Origin: an uncultured Actinomycetota bacterium | GTDB lineage: Bacteria > Actinomycetota > Actinomycetes > Actinomycetales > CAVURS01 | Length of the DNA stretch: 64,000 nt | Direction of reading: 5' to 3' | NCBI GenBank assembly: GCA_963834425.1 | Contig: CAWIBR010000022.1 | Location: 11,759-75,758 of the forward strand | Shown here: positions 10,035-20,128 of the stretch, piece after piece | Position numbering within the stretch: the stretch's first letter is position 1 | Layout: every line of letters starts with the position of its first letter | Notes under the pieces: model-generated | What the model was told of the DNA's origin: nothing | The model's input: only the letters and a program-made list of their open reading frames with translations | The model's database searches: none | Made by a program: the position numbers and the translations under genes

Positions 10035-11636
10035 GTGATCGAAGATCGAACTTTTGCTGATTTTGACGTGCACCCGGACATCGTCTCCGCCCTGTCCGAC
10101 GCCGGCATCGTCCATCCCTTCCCCATCCAGGCCATGACCCTGCCGGTCGCGCTGTCCGGGCACGACATCATCGGCCAGGCCAAGACCGGCACCGGCAAGA
10201 CCCTGGGTTTCGGCATCCCCCTGCTCCAGCTCGTGCAGGCACCGACCGACGAGGGGTACGACGCGCTGCCGGCCCCCGGCAAGCCGCAGTCGCTCGTCGT
10301 CGTGCCGACCCGTGAGCTCGCCGTCCAGGTCGCCCGCGACCTCGAGGCGGCCGGGCACAAGCGCGGCATCCGGGTGCTGACCGTCTATGGCGGCCGGGCC
10401 TACGAGCCGCAGGTCGAGGCCCTCAAGAAGGGCATCGAGATCGTCGTCGGCACCCCCGGGCGCCTGCTCGACCTGGCCCAGCAGGGTCACCTCCAGCTCG
10501 GCTACGTCCGCGCCGTGGTGCTGGACGAGGCCGACGAGATGCTCGACCTGGGCTTCCTGCCCGACGTCGAGCGGATGCTGGCCCTCACGCCGGACTCGCG
10601 GCAGACGATGCTCTTCTCGGCGACCATGCCGGGTGCGGTCGTGGCCCTGGCCCGCCGCTACATGACCCAGCCCACGCACATCCGCGCGATCGACCCGACC
10701 GACGACGGCGCGACCGTCGCCGCCGTCGAGCAGTTCGTCTACCGGGCGCACGCGATGGACAAGGTCGAGCTGCTCGCCCGGGTCCTGCAGGCCGAGGGCC
10801 GCGGCCTGACGATGATCTTCTGCCGCACCAAGCGCACCGTCGCGAAGGTCGCCGACGAGCTCGCCGACCGGGGCTTCGCCGCCGCAGCCATCCACGGCGA
10901 CCTCGGCCAGGGCGCTCGCGAGCAGGCGATGCGGGCCTTCCGCAACGGCAAGGTCGACGTGCTCGTCGCGACCGACGTCGCGGCCCGCGGGATCGACGTC
11001 GAGGGCATCACCCACGTCATCAACTACCAGTGCCCCGAGGACGAGAAGACCTACCTGCACCGGATCGGCCGCACCGCCCGGGCCGGCGCTGCCGGAGTGG
11101 CGATCACCCTGGTCGACTGGGACGACCTGCCCCGCTGGGGCCTGATCAACCGGACCCTCGACCTCGGCATCCCGGAGCCGCAGGAGACCTACTCCAACTC
11201 CGAGCACCTGTTCATCGACCTCGGCATCCAGCAGGGCACCGGCTCGACGTTGCCCGGCGCCCAGCGGACCCGGGCCGGCCTGGACGCCGAGGAGGTCGAG
11301 GACCTCGGTGAGACCGGGCGCCGCGGCGGCCCGGCCCGACCGGCCGGCGGCCGCAGTGACCGTGGCGCGGATCGGGGCGCCAAGCGCGACGGCCGTCCCT
11401 CTGGCGACGGCGCTCCCCGCAAGACCCGCAACCGTCGCGGCCCGCGTCCCGAGGGCAGCGAGGTTGCCAGCGAGCAGCACGCGACGACCGACAGCGCGAG
11501 CACCTCGACCGACGGCACGCCGCGCCGGCGTCGTCGGCGTCGCAGCCGGGGCACCGGCAGCGGGAGCGGCGCGAGCGGGAGCGCCACCAGCGCAGGCAGC
11601 GCCAGCGGCCCGTCGACCGAAGCCGCAACCAGCTAA
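10035..11636 (+). CDS. rhlE: DEAD-box ATP-dependent RNA helicase (RhlE-like) with an Arg/Gly/Ser-rich C-terminal tail
   Basis: Motifs present: FADFDVHPDIVSAL, PFPIQAMTLP (Q motif), AKTGTGKT, VLDEADEMLD, FSATMP, HRIGRTARAG. Confidence 0.9.
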   Translation: MIEDRTFADFDVHPDIVSALSDAGIVHPFPIQAMTLPVALSGHDIIGQAKTGTGKTLGFGIPLLQLVQAPTDEGYDALPAPGKPQSLVVVPTRELAVQVARDLEAAGHKRGIRVLTVYGGRAYEPQVEALKKGIEIVVGTPGRLLDLAQQGHLQLGYVRAVVLDEADEMLDLGFLPDVERMLALTPDSRQTMLFSATMPGAVVALARRYMTQPTHIRAIDPTDDGATVAAVEQFVYRAHAMDKVELLARVLQAEGRGLTMIFCRTKRTVAKVADELADRGFAAAAIHGDLGQGAREQAMRAFRNGKVDVLVATDVAARGIDVEGITHVINYQCPEDEKTYLHRIGRTARAGAAGVAITLVDWDDLPRWGLINRTLDLGIPEPQETYSNSEHLFIDLGIQQGTGSTLPGAQRTRAGLDAEEVEDLGETGRRGGPARPAGGRSDRGADRGAKRDGRPSGDGAPRKTRNRRGPRPEGSEVASEQHATTDSASTSTDGTPRRRRRRRSRGTGSGSGASGSATSAGSASGPSTEAATS

Positions 11637-12440
11637 GGCTCGAGCGCGGCCCAGCCGGACTTCTCGGATGCCGACGGCCTGCCCTTCGGGGCAGTGCTGG
11701 CGGAAGTCGCACCAGCTGCAGATCGGGCCGGTGCGCGCGGGAAAGACGTCGTCGCCGGTCCGTCCCTCGGCGAACGCCGCGTCCACGATGACCAGATCCT
11801 GCGCGATCGACTCGGCCTCGGAAACCTTGCGGGCCAACGAATCCGGCGTGTGCTCGTGGGCGGCAACCGTGCCGCTGGGCACGTGGTGCAGCTCGACCCG
11901 CGTGCACGGCCGGCGGAACATCCCCGCCACCGCGGCGGCGTAGAGCCCGAGCGGCAACGAGGTCCGCGCATCGTCGGGCGTGGGCTCGGCCCGCGAGGTC
12001 TTGTAGTCGACGACGACCAGCTCGCCGTCACGGTCGTCCAGCCGGTCCACCCGGCCGGTCACCACCAGGTCAGGCGTCCGCATCGAGACCTGACGCTCGA
12101 TGCCCAGCGGCTGCTCGTCGGGGTCCAGCCGCTCGGCGTACGCCGCGGTCTCCACGGCCGTCTTGGCCCGCCAGCGTTCGGACTGCTCCTCGTCGCGGAA
12201 GCCGGAGCGCACCCACGAGCTGCGGACCAGGGCGGCGGCTGCACTCGGCGTACGGCGATCCGGGGCGAGGTCCCACCACTTGGCCAGCGCGGTGTGCACG
12301 GCGACGCCGAGACTGGTGTGCGCGCGCTGCGGAGACTTCTGGGGTGGCGGTCGGTCGAGGTACTGGAACCGGTACTGCCGAGGGCAGTCGAGGTACTTCA
12401 ACAACCGTGACGGCGAGGCCGAGTAGAGCCGCTTCGGCAT
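11633..12440 (-). pseudogene. PD-(D/E)XK (RecB/Cas4-like) nuclease family protein with a four-Cys cluster. There is a frame break near the 3' end (~11675).
   Basis: ATG at 12440 gives MPKRLYSASPSRLLKYLDCPRQYRF...GRVDRLDDRDGELVVVDYKTSR...CSWCDFRQHCPEGQA. After that the frame runs on as antisense noise through the helicase gene. The adjacent frame gives SASEKSGWAALEP-stop at 11633, which is a plausible true C-terminus. This is part of the artificial 1100-aa ORF 10029..13331. Confidence 0.75.
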
Positions 12441-12484
12441 CCCCGGCAGCTCGCCCTGGCCGGCCGGCTGCTGGGCCGAGACGG

Positions 12485-13331
12485 TCACGGCCGCACGACC
12501 GGTACGCCGCTGGCCTCGGCCTCGATCTGCTGCAGCACAGCGGGATCCGTGGTGTGGTCGCCCAGCCGGGTGACCTTGCCGGTGCCGTGATAGTCGCTGG
12601 AACCGGTCACCAACAGGTCGAGGTCCTCGGCGAGCGCGCGGGCATGCCGGACGTTGCCGTCGTCGTGGTCGGGGTGGAAGACCTCGATGCCACCCAGTCC
12701 GGCGGCCGCCAGCTCGCCGATCACCGTCGTCGCTGACGACCCGCCCGCGTCGGTGGGCCAGCGGATGAGCCATCACGGGCACCCCACCGGCCGCCCGGAC
12801 CAGCCGGATGGCCCGGCGGGCATCGATCGCGTAGTGGCCGACGTAGTAGCCACCGCGCGAGCCCAGGATGTCGGCGAACGCCTCGTCGCGGTTGGCGACG
12901 ATCCCCTTGCGTACCAAGGCATCGGCCATGTGTGGTCGACCAAGACTCGCGCCCGGCCGAGCGTGGGCGACGACGTCGGCCCAGCTGATGTCATAGTCCC
13001 GGGAGAGCAGCTCGACCATCCGCTCCGCTCTCGTCTCGCGGCTGGCCCGGGCCTCGTCGACCTCCGCGGCGAGCTCGGGGAAGTCGGGGTCGTGCAGGTA
13101 GCTCAGCAGGTGCACGCTGATCCCGTCGACGGCGCAGGAGATCTCCATGCCCCTCACCAGCGCGACGCCGTTGGCCTCGACCGCGCCGACCGCCTCGGCC
13201 CAGCCGGCGGTCGTGTCGTGGTCGGTGATCGCCACCACGTCCAGGCCGGCCCCGGCCGCCGAGGCCAGCAGCTCTGCTGGCGCATCGGTGCCGTCGGACG
13301 CCGAGGTGTGGGCGTGCAGGTCGATGCGCAC
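12485..13331 (-). pseudogene. PHP-family metal-dependent phosphoesterase (COG0613, TrpH/YciV-like). There is one frame break at ~12726-12731.
   Basis: GTG at 13331 gives MRIDLHAHTSASDGTDAPAELL...VVAITDHDTTAGW...VPVMAHPLAHRRGRVVSDD. The protein then continues in ORF 12485..12724 (VIGELAAAGLGGIEVFHPDHDD...GSSDYHG). Confidence 0.8.
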
Positions 13332-13355
13332 CCGGTCAGCCTAGGCGCGGACGGC

Positions 13356-14015
13356 TCAGTCCAGTCGCGGACTCGGCGCGCCTGTGGGTATGTCCAACGG
13401 ATGCCCGGGGTCGCGGGCGTCGACCAGCCGCAGCCCTTCCAGCACCATCGCTCCTGCGCTGGGTGGCCACATGATCAGCCACAGCCACACGCCCAGCGCC
13501 TCGCCGACGTAGGCCGCGCGGTCGTCGCCGGCCGGCACGTTCCACAGGTGGGCCGGATGCCCGGCGGCCTGGACCTTGGCCTGCGGGCCGCCCGCCACCA
13601 GCGCGCCGGACAGCGAGTCACCGGCGTCGACCTCCGGCAGCCCGGCCAGGCTGGCGCCCAGGCCGACCGCGGGCTGTTCGGCGACGAGCAGCAGGTCCGC
13701 GGCGGGCTGGTGCCACGGACCGTGGCTGGGCAACGGGTTCGGCCCGGAGAGCGCGACGACGGAGGCGACCGGTCCGGTGCGTTCGTCCCCGGCGTACCGG
13801 AAGCCGGTCGTGAGCCAGCCAGGCGGCAGCGGCCACGGGAGCCACACCGGCACCATGGATTTCGCGGCCAGGTGGGCCAGCTGCTCACTGGTGCCCGGGC
13901 GCGCGGCGTGCAGCGGAGCCACGGGTCCGTGTTCGCCGCAGGTCCAGGCGCTCTGCATCAACCCGGGGGCGACCAGCTCACCGCGGCAGCGTGGACACGT
14001 CGGGGCGGCCGACAC
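13356..14015 (-). CDS. conserved actinobacterial hypothetical protein with an N-terminal Zn-ribbon-like CxxC motif (DUF6758-like)
   Basis: The product starts MSAAPTCPRCRGELVAPGLMQSAWTCGEHGPVAPLH. A GGAGGAG Shine-Dalgarno sequence lies upstream. Third-position GC is high. Confidence 0.65.
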   Translation of the reverse strand: MSAAPTCPRCRGELVAPGLMQSAWTCGEHGPVAPLHAARPGTSEQLAHLAAKSMVPVWLPWPLPPGWLTTGFRYAGDERTGPVASVVALSGPNPLPSHGPWHQPAADLLLVAEQPAVGLGASLAGLPEVDAGDSLSGALVAGGPQAKVQAAGHPAHLWNVPAGDDRAAYVGEALGVWLWLIMWPPSAGAMVLEGLRLVDARDPGHPLDIPTGAPSPRLD

Positions 14016-14048
14016 ATCGCAGACGCTCCTCCGGGTCGCGACGGGTCG

Positions 14049-14552
14049 TCAACCCATGGGCACCGGGCGGCCGGGCTGGTCTCCGCCGCGGGCGTCCAGG
14101 TAGCTCTGCTTGGGCACCATGACCGTGCGTCGGAAGGTGCAGACCAGGATGCCGTCCTGGTTGTAGCCGCGGGTCTCGACCTGGACGACGCCTCGGTCGT
14201 CCTTGCTCTGGCTCTCGCGCTTGGCCAGGACGGTCGTCTCGCCGTAGATCGTGTCGCCGTGGAAGGTCGGCGCGACGTGCCGCAGCGACTCGACCTCGAG
14301 GTTGGCGATCGCCTTGCCGCTGACGTCGGCGACGGACATGCCGAGCAGCACGGAGTAGATCAGGTTGCCGACGACGACGTTGCGGCCGAAGTCGGTCGAG
14401 GTCTCGGCGTAGTGCAGGTCGAGGTGCAGCGGATGGTGGTTCATGGTGATCAGGCAGAAGAGGTGATCATCGGCCTCGGTGATCGTCTTGCCGGGCCAGT
14501 GCCGATAGACCGCACCGACCTCGAACTCCTCGTATGTGCGCCCGAACTGCAT
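14049..14552 (-). CDS. MaoC-family (R)-specific enoyl-CoA hydratase/dehydratase
   Basis: The inner ATG at 14552 gives MQFGRTYEEFEVGAVYRHWPGKTITEADDHLFCLITMNHHPLHLD, a hot-dog fold signature. Confidence 0.8.
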   Translation of the reverse strand: MQFGRTYEEFEVGAVYRHWPGKTITEADDHLFCLITMNHHPLHLDLHYAETSTDFGRNVVVGNLIYSVLLGMSVADVSGKAIANLEVESLRHVAPTFHGDTIYGETTVLAKRESQSKDDRGVVQVETRGYNQDGILVCTFRRTVMVPKQSYLDARGGDQPGRPVPMG

Positions 14553-14578
14553 GCGCCACATCGTGGCACGATGATCCG

Positions 14579-16142
14579 ATGAGCAGTGAAGACCAGCCGA
14601 CGATCCCGGGTGAGACTGATCACCGCAGCAAGCCGTCATCGGACGCGTTCCTGTCGTTCATCTCGAGCAACTGGGCGCCCCGCGACGAGACCCCGCCGAC
14701 CCGGATCGCGGCCGCGCCGTACGCCGAGCGGCGGCGCGCGGCGGTTTCAGCGGCCTTCCCGGGCGAGCGGCTGGTCATCCCCGCCGGCGGGTTCAAGGTC
14801 CGCAGCAACGACACCGACTACCGCTTCCGCCCCCACTCGGCCTTCGCCCACCTGACCGGTCTCGGCACCGACCGCGAGCCGGACGCCGTCCTGGTGCTGG
14901 AGCCGAAGGACGAACGCGACGGTGGCGGTCACGAGCCGGTCATCTACTTCCGGCCGCGGGCCGAGCGAAACAGCAAGGAGTTCTTCGGCGACGCGCGGTA
15001 CGGCGAGTTCTGGGTCGGCGTGCGGCCGAGCCTGGCCGAGGTCGAGGCCGAGCTCGGGATCAGTGCCCGGCACATCGACGAGCTGACCGAGGCGCTCAAG
15101 AAGGACCTCGGCCACGTCGGTCTACGGGTCGTCCGGGACGCGGACGAGAGCCTGGCCGACCTGGTCGACCAGGCCCGGTCCGAGGCCGAGACTGACCCGT
15201 CGACCGAGGTCGGGGAGGCCGCCGAGGGTCAGACGATCGAGGTCACCGAAACCGAAGCGGTGCAACGGCTTTCGCCCGATCTCGAGCTGGCCCGCTTCCT
15301 GTCCGAGCTGCGGCTGGTCAAGGACGACTACGAGATCGAGCAGATGCGGTTGGCCATCGCGGCCACCGCCGAGGGCTTCGAAGAGATCGTCAAGGCGCTG
15401 CCCGGACGCGGTCAGCCGCGGGCGGGGCGAGCGCTGGGTCGAGGGGGTCTTCGAGCTCATCGCGCGCCACCGGGGCAACGGGCTCGGCTACGACACCATC
15501 GCCGCAGCGGGCGAGCACGCCTGCACCTTGCACTGGATCCGCAACGACGGCGAGGTCCGCGAGGGCGACCTGATCCTGGTCGACGCGGGCGTCGAGGTCG
15601 ACTCGCTCTACACGGCCGACGTCACCCGCACGCTGCCGATCAACGGCCGGTTCACCGACGAGCAGCGCCAGGTCTACGACGCGGTGCTCGCCGCCCAGGA
15701 GGCCGGGCTGGCCGCGGCCAAGCCCGGCAACACCTTCCGCGACGTGCACACCGCGGCGATCCGGGTCATCGCCGAGAAGCTCGCCGAGTGGGGCCTGCTG
15801 CCGGTCGACCTCGAGGACGCCCTGAGCGATGATGGCCAGCAGCACCGGCGCTGGATGGTGCACGGCACCAGCCACCACCTCGGCATCGACGTGCACGACT
15901 GCGCACTGGCCCGCAAGGAGGCCTACCTCGACGGCATCCTCGAGCCGGGCATGGTGCTGACCGTCGAACCCGGCCTCTACCTCAAGCCGGACGACCTGGC
16001 CGTCCCCGAGGCGCTGCGCGGCATCGGCGTACGGATCGAGGACGACATCGTGATCACCGAGTCCGGCTGCGAGAACCTCAGCGCCGCCCTGCCGCGCACC
16101 GCGGACGACGTCGAGTCGTGGATGGCCGGCTTGAGGTCCTGA
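14579..16142 (+). pseudogene. aminopeptidase P family (M24B Xaa-Pro aminopeptidase). There is one frame break at ~15401-15405.
   Basis: The N-terminal domain is in ORF 14534..15832 up to EEIVKALP. Removing one base in cccgg (15401-15405) gives DAVSRGRGERWVEGVFELIARHRGNGLGYDTIAAAGEHACTLHWIRNDG. That joins ORF 15528..16142 (DAGVEVDSLYTADVTRT, HGTSHHLGIDVHD, VLTVEPGLY, GVRIEDD). Confidence 0.85.
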
Positions 16143-16151
16143 CCGATCGGG

Positions 16152-16667
16152 TCAGGCGGTGTACGACGAGGCGCCGCCGGGCATGGCCGCGAGCAGCGCC
16201 CGCGCGTTCTCGGCGAACTTGTGCTCGACCAGCACCTCGTAACGCGTGGCCACGACCTGGCTGACAGAGGTGAAGTCGCGCCGGCCGCCGGTGGCGGCGT
16301 AGCCGACCACGGCCCACACCGCGAAGAACACCGCGCCGAAGACGGCCGAGCTGAGGACCAGCGGCAGGAAGCTCGTCGATGAGTCGGAGAAGAAGCTGAG
16401 CAGGAAGCCCACGAGCAGCCCGAACCACAGGCCCGAGACCGCACCGGCCATCGTTGCCTTGCCATAGGTCAACCGTCCGGTGACCCGCTCGATCTGCTTG
16501 AGCTCGGTCCCGACGATCATGCAGTTCTGCACCGGGAACTGCTGGTCCGAGAGGTAGTCGACGGCCCGTTGCGCGTCGTCGTACTTCTCGAAGACCCCGA
16601 GCGACATCGGGTACTCCAGGGCCAGGGCGGGGCGGGTCACCCGCCCGGCTCCCATGGGTCCGGCCAC
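16152..16667 (-). CDS. membrane protein with a general-stress-protein-17M-like N-terminal domain
   Basis: The product contains FEKYDDAQRAVDYLSDQQFPVQNCMIVGTELKQIERVTGRL followed by hydrophobic segments. The start is GTG. Confidence 0.6.
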   Translation of the reverse strand: MAGPMGAGRVTRPALALEYPMSLGVFEKYDDAQRAVDYLSDQQFPVQNCMIVGTELKQIERVTGRLTYGKATMAGAVSGLWFGLLVGFLLSFFSDSSTSFLPLVLSSAVFGAVFFAVWAVVGYAATGGRRDFTSVSQVVATRYEVLVEHKFAENARALLAAMPGGASSYTA

Positions 16668-16764
16668 GACAGCTCACCTCCGTTGCGAGCGGCCCGGCTC
16701 GTCCGCGACCGCGGTACGACGATGTTCCTACCGTAGTCTGGACGTCTGCTGGGAGCGACGAACC

Positions 16765-17970
16765 CTAGCCCTTGAAGCGGTACTCCTCCAGCAGGCGCCG
16801 GCCGATGATCATCCGCTGGATGTCGGCCGTCCCCTCACCGATCAGCAGCATCGGCGCCTCGCGGTAGAGCCGCTCGATCTCGTACTCCTTGGAGTAGCCG
16901 TAGCCGCCGTGGATCCGGAACGAGTCCTCGACGACCTGCGCGCAGTACTCGCTGGCCAGGTACTTCGCCATCCCGGCCTCCAGATCGTTGCGCTCACCGG
17001 AGTCCTTGGTGCGCGCGGCCAGCACCATCATCTGGTGGGCCGCCTCGACCTTGGTGGCCATCTCGGCGATCCGGAAGAGCACGGCCTGGTGCTCGGCGAT
17101 CTTCTTGCCGAAGGTCTCGCGTTGCTGGGCGTAGGCCGTGCCGAGCTCGAAGGCCCGCATCGCCACCCCGCAGGCGCGGGCGGCCACGTTGACCCGACCG
17201 ACCTCCACGCCGTCCATCATCTGGTAGAAGCCGCGCCCGGGCTCGCCGCCGAGGAGCTGGTCAGTTGTCGTGTGGTAATCATCGAAGATGAGCTCGGTCG
17301 TGTCGACGCCCTTGTAGCCCATCTTGTCGATCTTGCCCGGCACCGTGACGCCCGGCGCCGTCTCGCCGAAGCCCGGCTCCTTGTCGACCAGGAACGTCGA
17401 CATGCCCTTGTGCGGCGACGGCGAGTTCGGGTCGCTGCGGGTCAGGACCGCGACCAGGTTGGCCGATCCGCCGTTGGTCAGCCACATCTTCTGGCCGTTG
17501 ATGGTCCAGCCGTCGCCGCCGTCGGCATCAGGCACGGCCCGGGTCTTGATGCCGGAAACGTCCGAGCCGCAACCCGGTTCGCTCATCGAGAAGGCCCCGC
17601 GCACCTCCCCGGTCGCCATCCGCGGCAGGTAGCGCTGCTTCTGCTCCTCGGTGCCGTGCTGCAGCAGCATCCAGGCCACGATGAAGTGCGTGTTGATGAT
17701 CCCGCTGACGCTCATCCAGCCCCGGGCGATCTGCTCGACCGTCAGGGCATAGGTCAGCAGGGACTCCCCCAACCCGCCGTACTCCTCGGGGATCATCAGG
17801 CCGAAGATCCCCATCTCCTTCATGCCCTCGACGATCTCCGTGGGGTACTCGTCGGCATGCTCGAGCTGGGTCGCCACCGGCAGGATCTGCTCATCAACAA
17901 ATACCCGCACGAGCGCCAACAACTCGACCTGGTCCTCGCTCAGCCCGTCCGTGTGCAGCAGCCGCCCCAT
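16765..17970 (-). CDS. acyl-CoA dehydrogenase family protein
   Basis: ATG at 17970 is preceded by GGAGGAG. Motifs: GAFSMSEPGCGSDVSGIKT, WLTNGG, QRETFGKKIAEHQAV, RIHGGYGYSKEYEIERLYREA. Confidence 0.9.
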   Translation of the reverse strand: MGRLLHTDGLSEDQVELLALVRVFVDEQILPVATQLEHADEYPTEIVEGMKEMGIFGLMIPEEYGGLGESLLTYALTVEQIARGWMSVSGIINTHFIVAWMLLQHGTEEQKQRYLPRMATGEVRGAFSMSEPGCGSDVSGIKTRAVPDADGGDGWTINGQKMWLTNGGSANLVAVLTRSDPNSPSPHKGMSTFLVDKEPGFGETAPGVTVPGKIDKMGYKGVDTTELIFDDYHTTTDQLLGGEPGRGFYQMMDGVEVGRVNVAARACGVAMRAFELGTAYAQQRETFGKKIAEHQAVLFRIAEMATKVEAAHQMMVLAARTKDSGERNDLEAGMAKYLASEYCAQVVEDSFRIHGGYGYSKEYEIERLYREAPMLLIGEGTADIQRMIIGRRLLEEYRFKG

Positions 17971-18057
17971 CGCGCTCCTCCTCGAGTCGTCACCGCGAGT
18001 ATGTCGACCGGTGTCGCCCGACGGCACCCGCAAACGGTGTGACGCCAACCACGGCGC

Positions 18058-18522
18058 TCAGCGGGGAAGGGGCTCCTGGCCCGGCTGGGCGGCGATGATG
18101 TCGCGCAGGAAATCCCGGATCACCTGCTGCTGCCGCGCGGAGTAGGTCGCGAGCACCTCGCGCAACCGGGTCGACTGCTCGACGTAGTAGGGCCCGAGGG
18201 TTCGGAAGAGGTGCTCGTCGTCGACCTCGACGATCACCTTGCGCCGGTCCTTGGCGTCCCGTGCGCGCCGGACCATGTGCAGCGCCTCCAACCGGTCGAT
18301 CACCCCGGTCACGGTCGCGCTCGGCAGCTGGGCGAGGGTCGCGATCTGGCCGGCGGTCAGGGGCCCGTGCAGCTGGCACAGCCCCAGAACCTGAGCGTCC
18401 CGGATGTTCATGCCGGTTCGCTCGGCCACCTCGTAGTTGAAGAGCACGGCCGAGGCGATGACCTGCCGGATGCCGACCTCGATCTGGTCGGCGATCGCGT
18501 CGCCCGGCTCAGCCTTCGCCAA
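18058..18522 (-). CDS. MarR family transcriptional regulator
   Basis: The winged-helix region reads LTAGQIATLAQLPSATVTGVIDRLEALHMVRRARDAKDRRKVIV. The start is TTG. The gene is divergent from the MFS gene. Confidence 0.85.
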   Translation of the reverse strand: MAKAEPGDAIADQIEVGIRQVIASAVLFNYEVAERTGMNIRDAQVLGLCQLHGPLTAGQIATLAQLPSATVTGVIDRLEALHMVRRARDAKDRRKVIVEVDDEHLFRTLGPYYVEQSTRLREVLATYSARQQQVIRDFLRDIIAAQPGQEPLPR

Positions 18523-18553
18523 CGGACTTGCCTTTCTCTCGGTTCTGCGTAAT

Positions 18554-18585
18554 ATTCGGTCAGTCGAATCTTTCGGATCACCGAA
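18554..18585. promoter_or_regulatory. Two short inverted repeats (attcg-N6-cgaat and ttcgg-N4-ccgaa) in the AT-richer MarR/MFS divergent intergenic region, candidate MarR operators
   Basis: Read directly at 18554-18569 and 18572-18585. Local GC is clearly lower than in the surroundings. Confidence 0.35.
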
Positions 18586-18631
18586 CTATCCGAGCAACCG
18601 AACCAACTGTAACCCCGCGGAGGCACCCGAG

Positions 18632-20092
18632 ATGACAGCCACACCCAGCACCGAGCAACCGTTGAACCCCCGCCGATGGCTGATCGCCGCGGTGATGATG
18701 GTCGCGGCGTTGATGGACCTGCTCGACGGCACGGTCGTCAACGTGGCCCTGCCCACGATCCAGCGTGACCTGCACGCCACCGGCGACCAGCTGGCCTGGG
18801 TCGTCTCGGGCTACCTGCTGGCCTTCGCCGCGTGCCTCATCACGGCCGGCCAGCTCGGCGACCGCTTTGGCCGGCGCAAGCTGTTCCTGATCGGGACGGC
18901 GGCCTTCGGCCTGGCCAGCCTGGCCAGCGCCGCGGCCCAGACTCCGGGTCAGCTCATCGCCTTCCGGGTGCTGCAAGGCGCAGCCGCCGCCACCGTCGCG
19001 CCGCAGGTGCTCGCGACCTTCCGGGTGATCTTCGCGCCGCAGGAGCGGGGCAAGGCCTTCGCGATGTACGGCGCAGTCGGCGGCCTGGCCGCATCGGTCG
19101 GCCTGATCGCCGGCGGCGCGCTCACGTCCGCGGACCTCTTCGGCACCGGCTGGCGGATGATCTTCCTGGTCAACGTGCCGATCGCGATCGCCGTCTTCGT
19201 CATCTCCCTGGTCCTGGTGCCGGAGACCCGGATCGCCAACCCGTTGCGCCCCGACCTGGCCGGCACGGTCCTGATGGCGGCCGGCATCGTCGCCGTGGTC
19301 TATCCGCTGCTGGAGGGCCAGCGGCATGGCTGGCCGCTGTGGTGCTGGGCCCTGCTCGCCGCCGGCATCGCCGCCCTGGTCGGACTCTTCGTCGTCGACT
19401 CCCGGCACCAGGAGCGAGGCGCCGCAACGCTTTTGCCCACGCCATTGCTGAAGGTCCCGGCGTTCGGCGCCGGCATCGCGGTGCAGCTGTTCTTCTCGGC
19501 CGCGATGACCGGGTCGATCCTGGCCCTGACTCTGTGGGTGCAGTCGGGCCAAGGCTGGTCACCCATCCACGCCGGCCTGGTCATGACGTCGTTCGCTCTC
19601 GGCACGATCATCACCGCGCCCATGTCCGAAGGCCTCGCTCCGAGGTTCGGCCGCGCCGTCCTGGCCTTCGGCGCCCTGCTGATGGCGGCCGGCACCGCAG
19701 CGCTGTGGCTCGCCGCCGAACACTCGACCCACGGCGTGAGCGCGTGGCAGCTGGCCCCGCCACTGCTGGTCGCCGGCCTGGGCCTGGGGCTGCTCGTCGT
19801 ACCGCTCATCAACGTCGTCTTGGTCGCCGTGCCCGTCCACCAGGCCGGTTCGGCCTCGGGCCTGTTCAGCACGGCCCAGCAGCTGGGCGGGGCGGTGGGC
19901 GTGGCCGTCATCAGCTCGGTCTTCTTCGCCTGGCTTCCGGGCCACGGCTTCGCGTCGGCGTTCGCCCACTCCGCGCCGTACGCCGTGATCGGCTACCTGG
20001 TCTGTGCCGGCTTGTGCTTCCTGCTGCCGAAGACGGCGGTCGAGGGTGTGCCCGGAGCCGACGTCGACGAGGACGCGGTGCTGGTTGGTTGA
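18632..20092 (+). CDS. MFS transporter, DHA2 (EmrB/QacA-like, 14-TMS) drug:H+ antiporter family
   Basis: ATG at 18632 follows GCGGAGG. Motifs: LMDLLDGTVVNVALPTIQRDL, GQLGDRFGRRKLFLIG. Hydrophobic segments run throughout the ~486 aa. Confidence 0.85.
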   Translation: MTATPSTEQPLNPRRWLIAAVMMVAALMDLLDGTVVNVALPTIQRDLHATGDQLAWVVSGYLLAFAACLITAGQLGDRFGRRKLFLIGTAAFGLASLASAAAQTPGQLIAFRVLQGAAAATVAPQVLATFRVIFAPQERGKAFAMYGAVGGLAASVGLIAGGALTSADLFGTGWRMIFLVNVPIAIAVFVISLVLVPETRIANPLRPDLAGTVLMAAGIVAVVYPLLEGQRHGWPLWCWALLAAGIAALVGLFVVDSRHQERGAATLLPTPLLKVPAFGAGIAVQLFFSAAMTGSILALTLWVQSGQGWSPIHAGLVMTSFALGTIITAPMSEGLAPRFGRAVLAFGALLMAAGTAALWLAAEHSTHGVSAWQLAPPLLVAGLGLGLLVVPLINVVLVAVPVHQAGSASGLFSTAQQLGGAVGVAVISSVFFAWLPGHGFASAFAHSAPYAVIGYLVCAGLCFLLPKTAVEGVPGADVDEDAVLVG

Positions 20093-20128
20093 CCGGCCCG
20101 CGACCTCGCCGCCGTCGACACCGGGCGG

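Noticed and set aside
10029-13331. A 1100-aa ORF that looks like a giant multidomain protein.
   Set aside because: It is a concatenation of four pieces: the PHP gene N-terminus, out-of-frame linker noise, the PD-(D/E)XK nuclease, and antisense read-through across the whole DEAD-box helicase gene. The internal ATG at 12440, the separate PHP C-terminus in ORF 12485..12724 and the alternative stop at 11633 explain it better.
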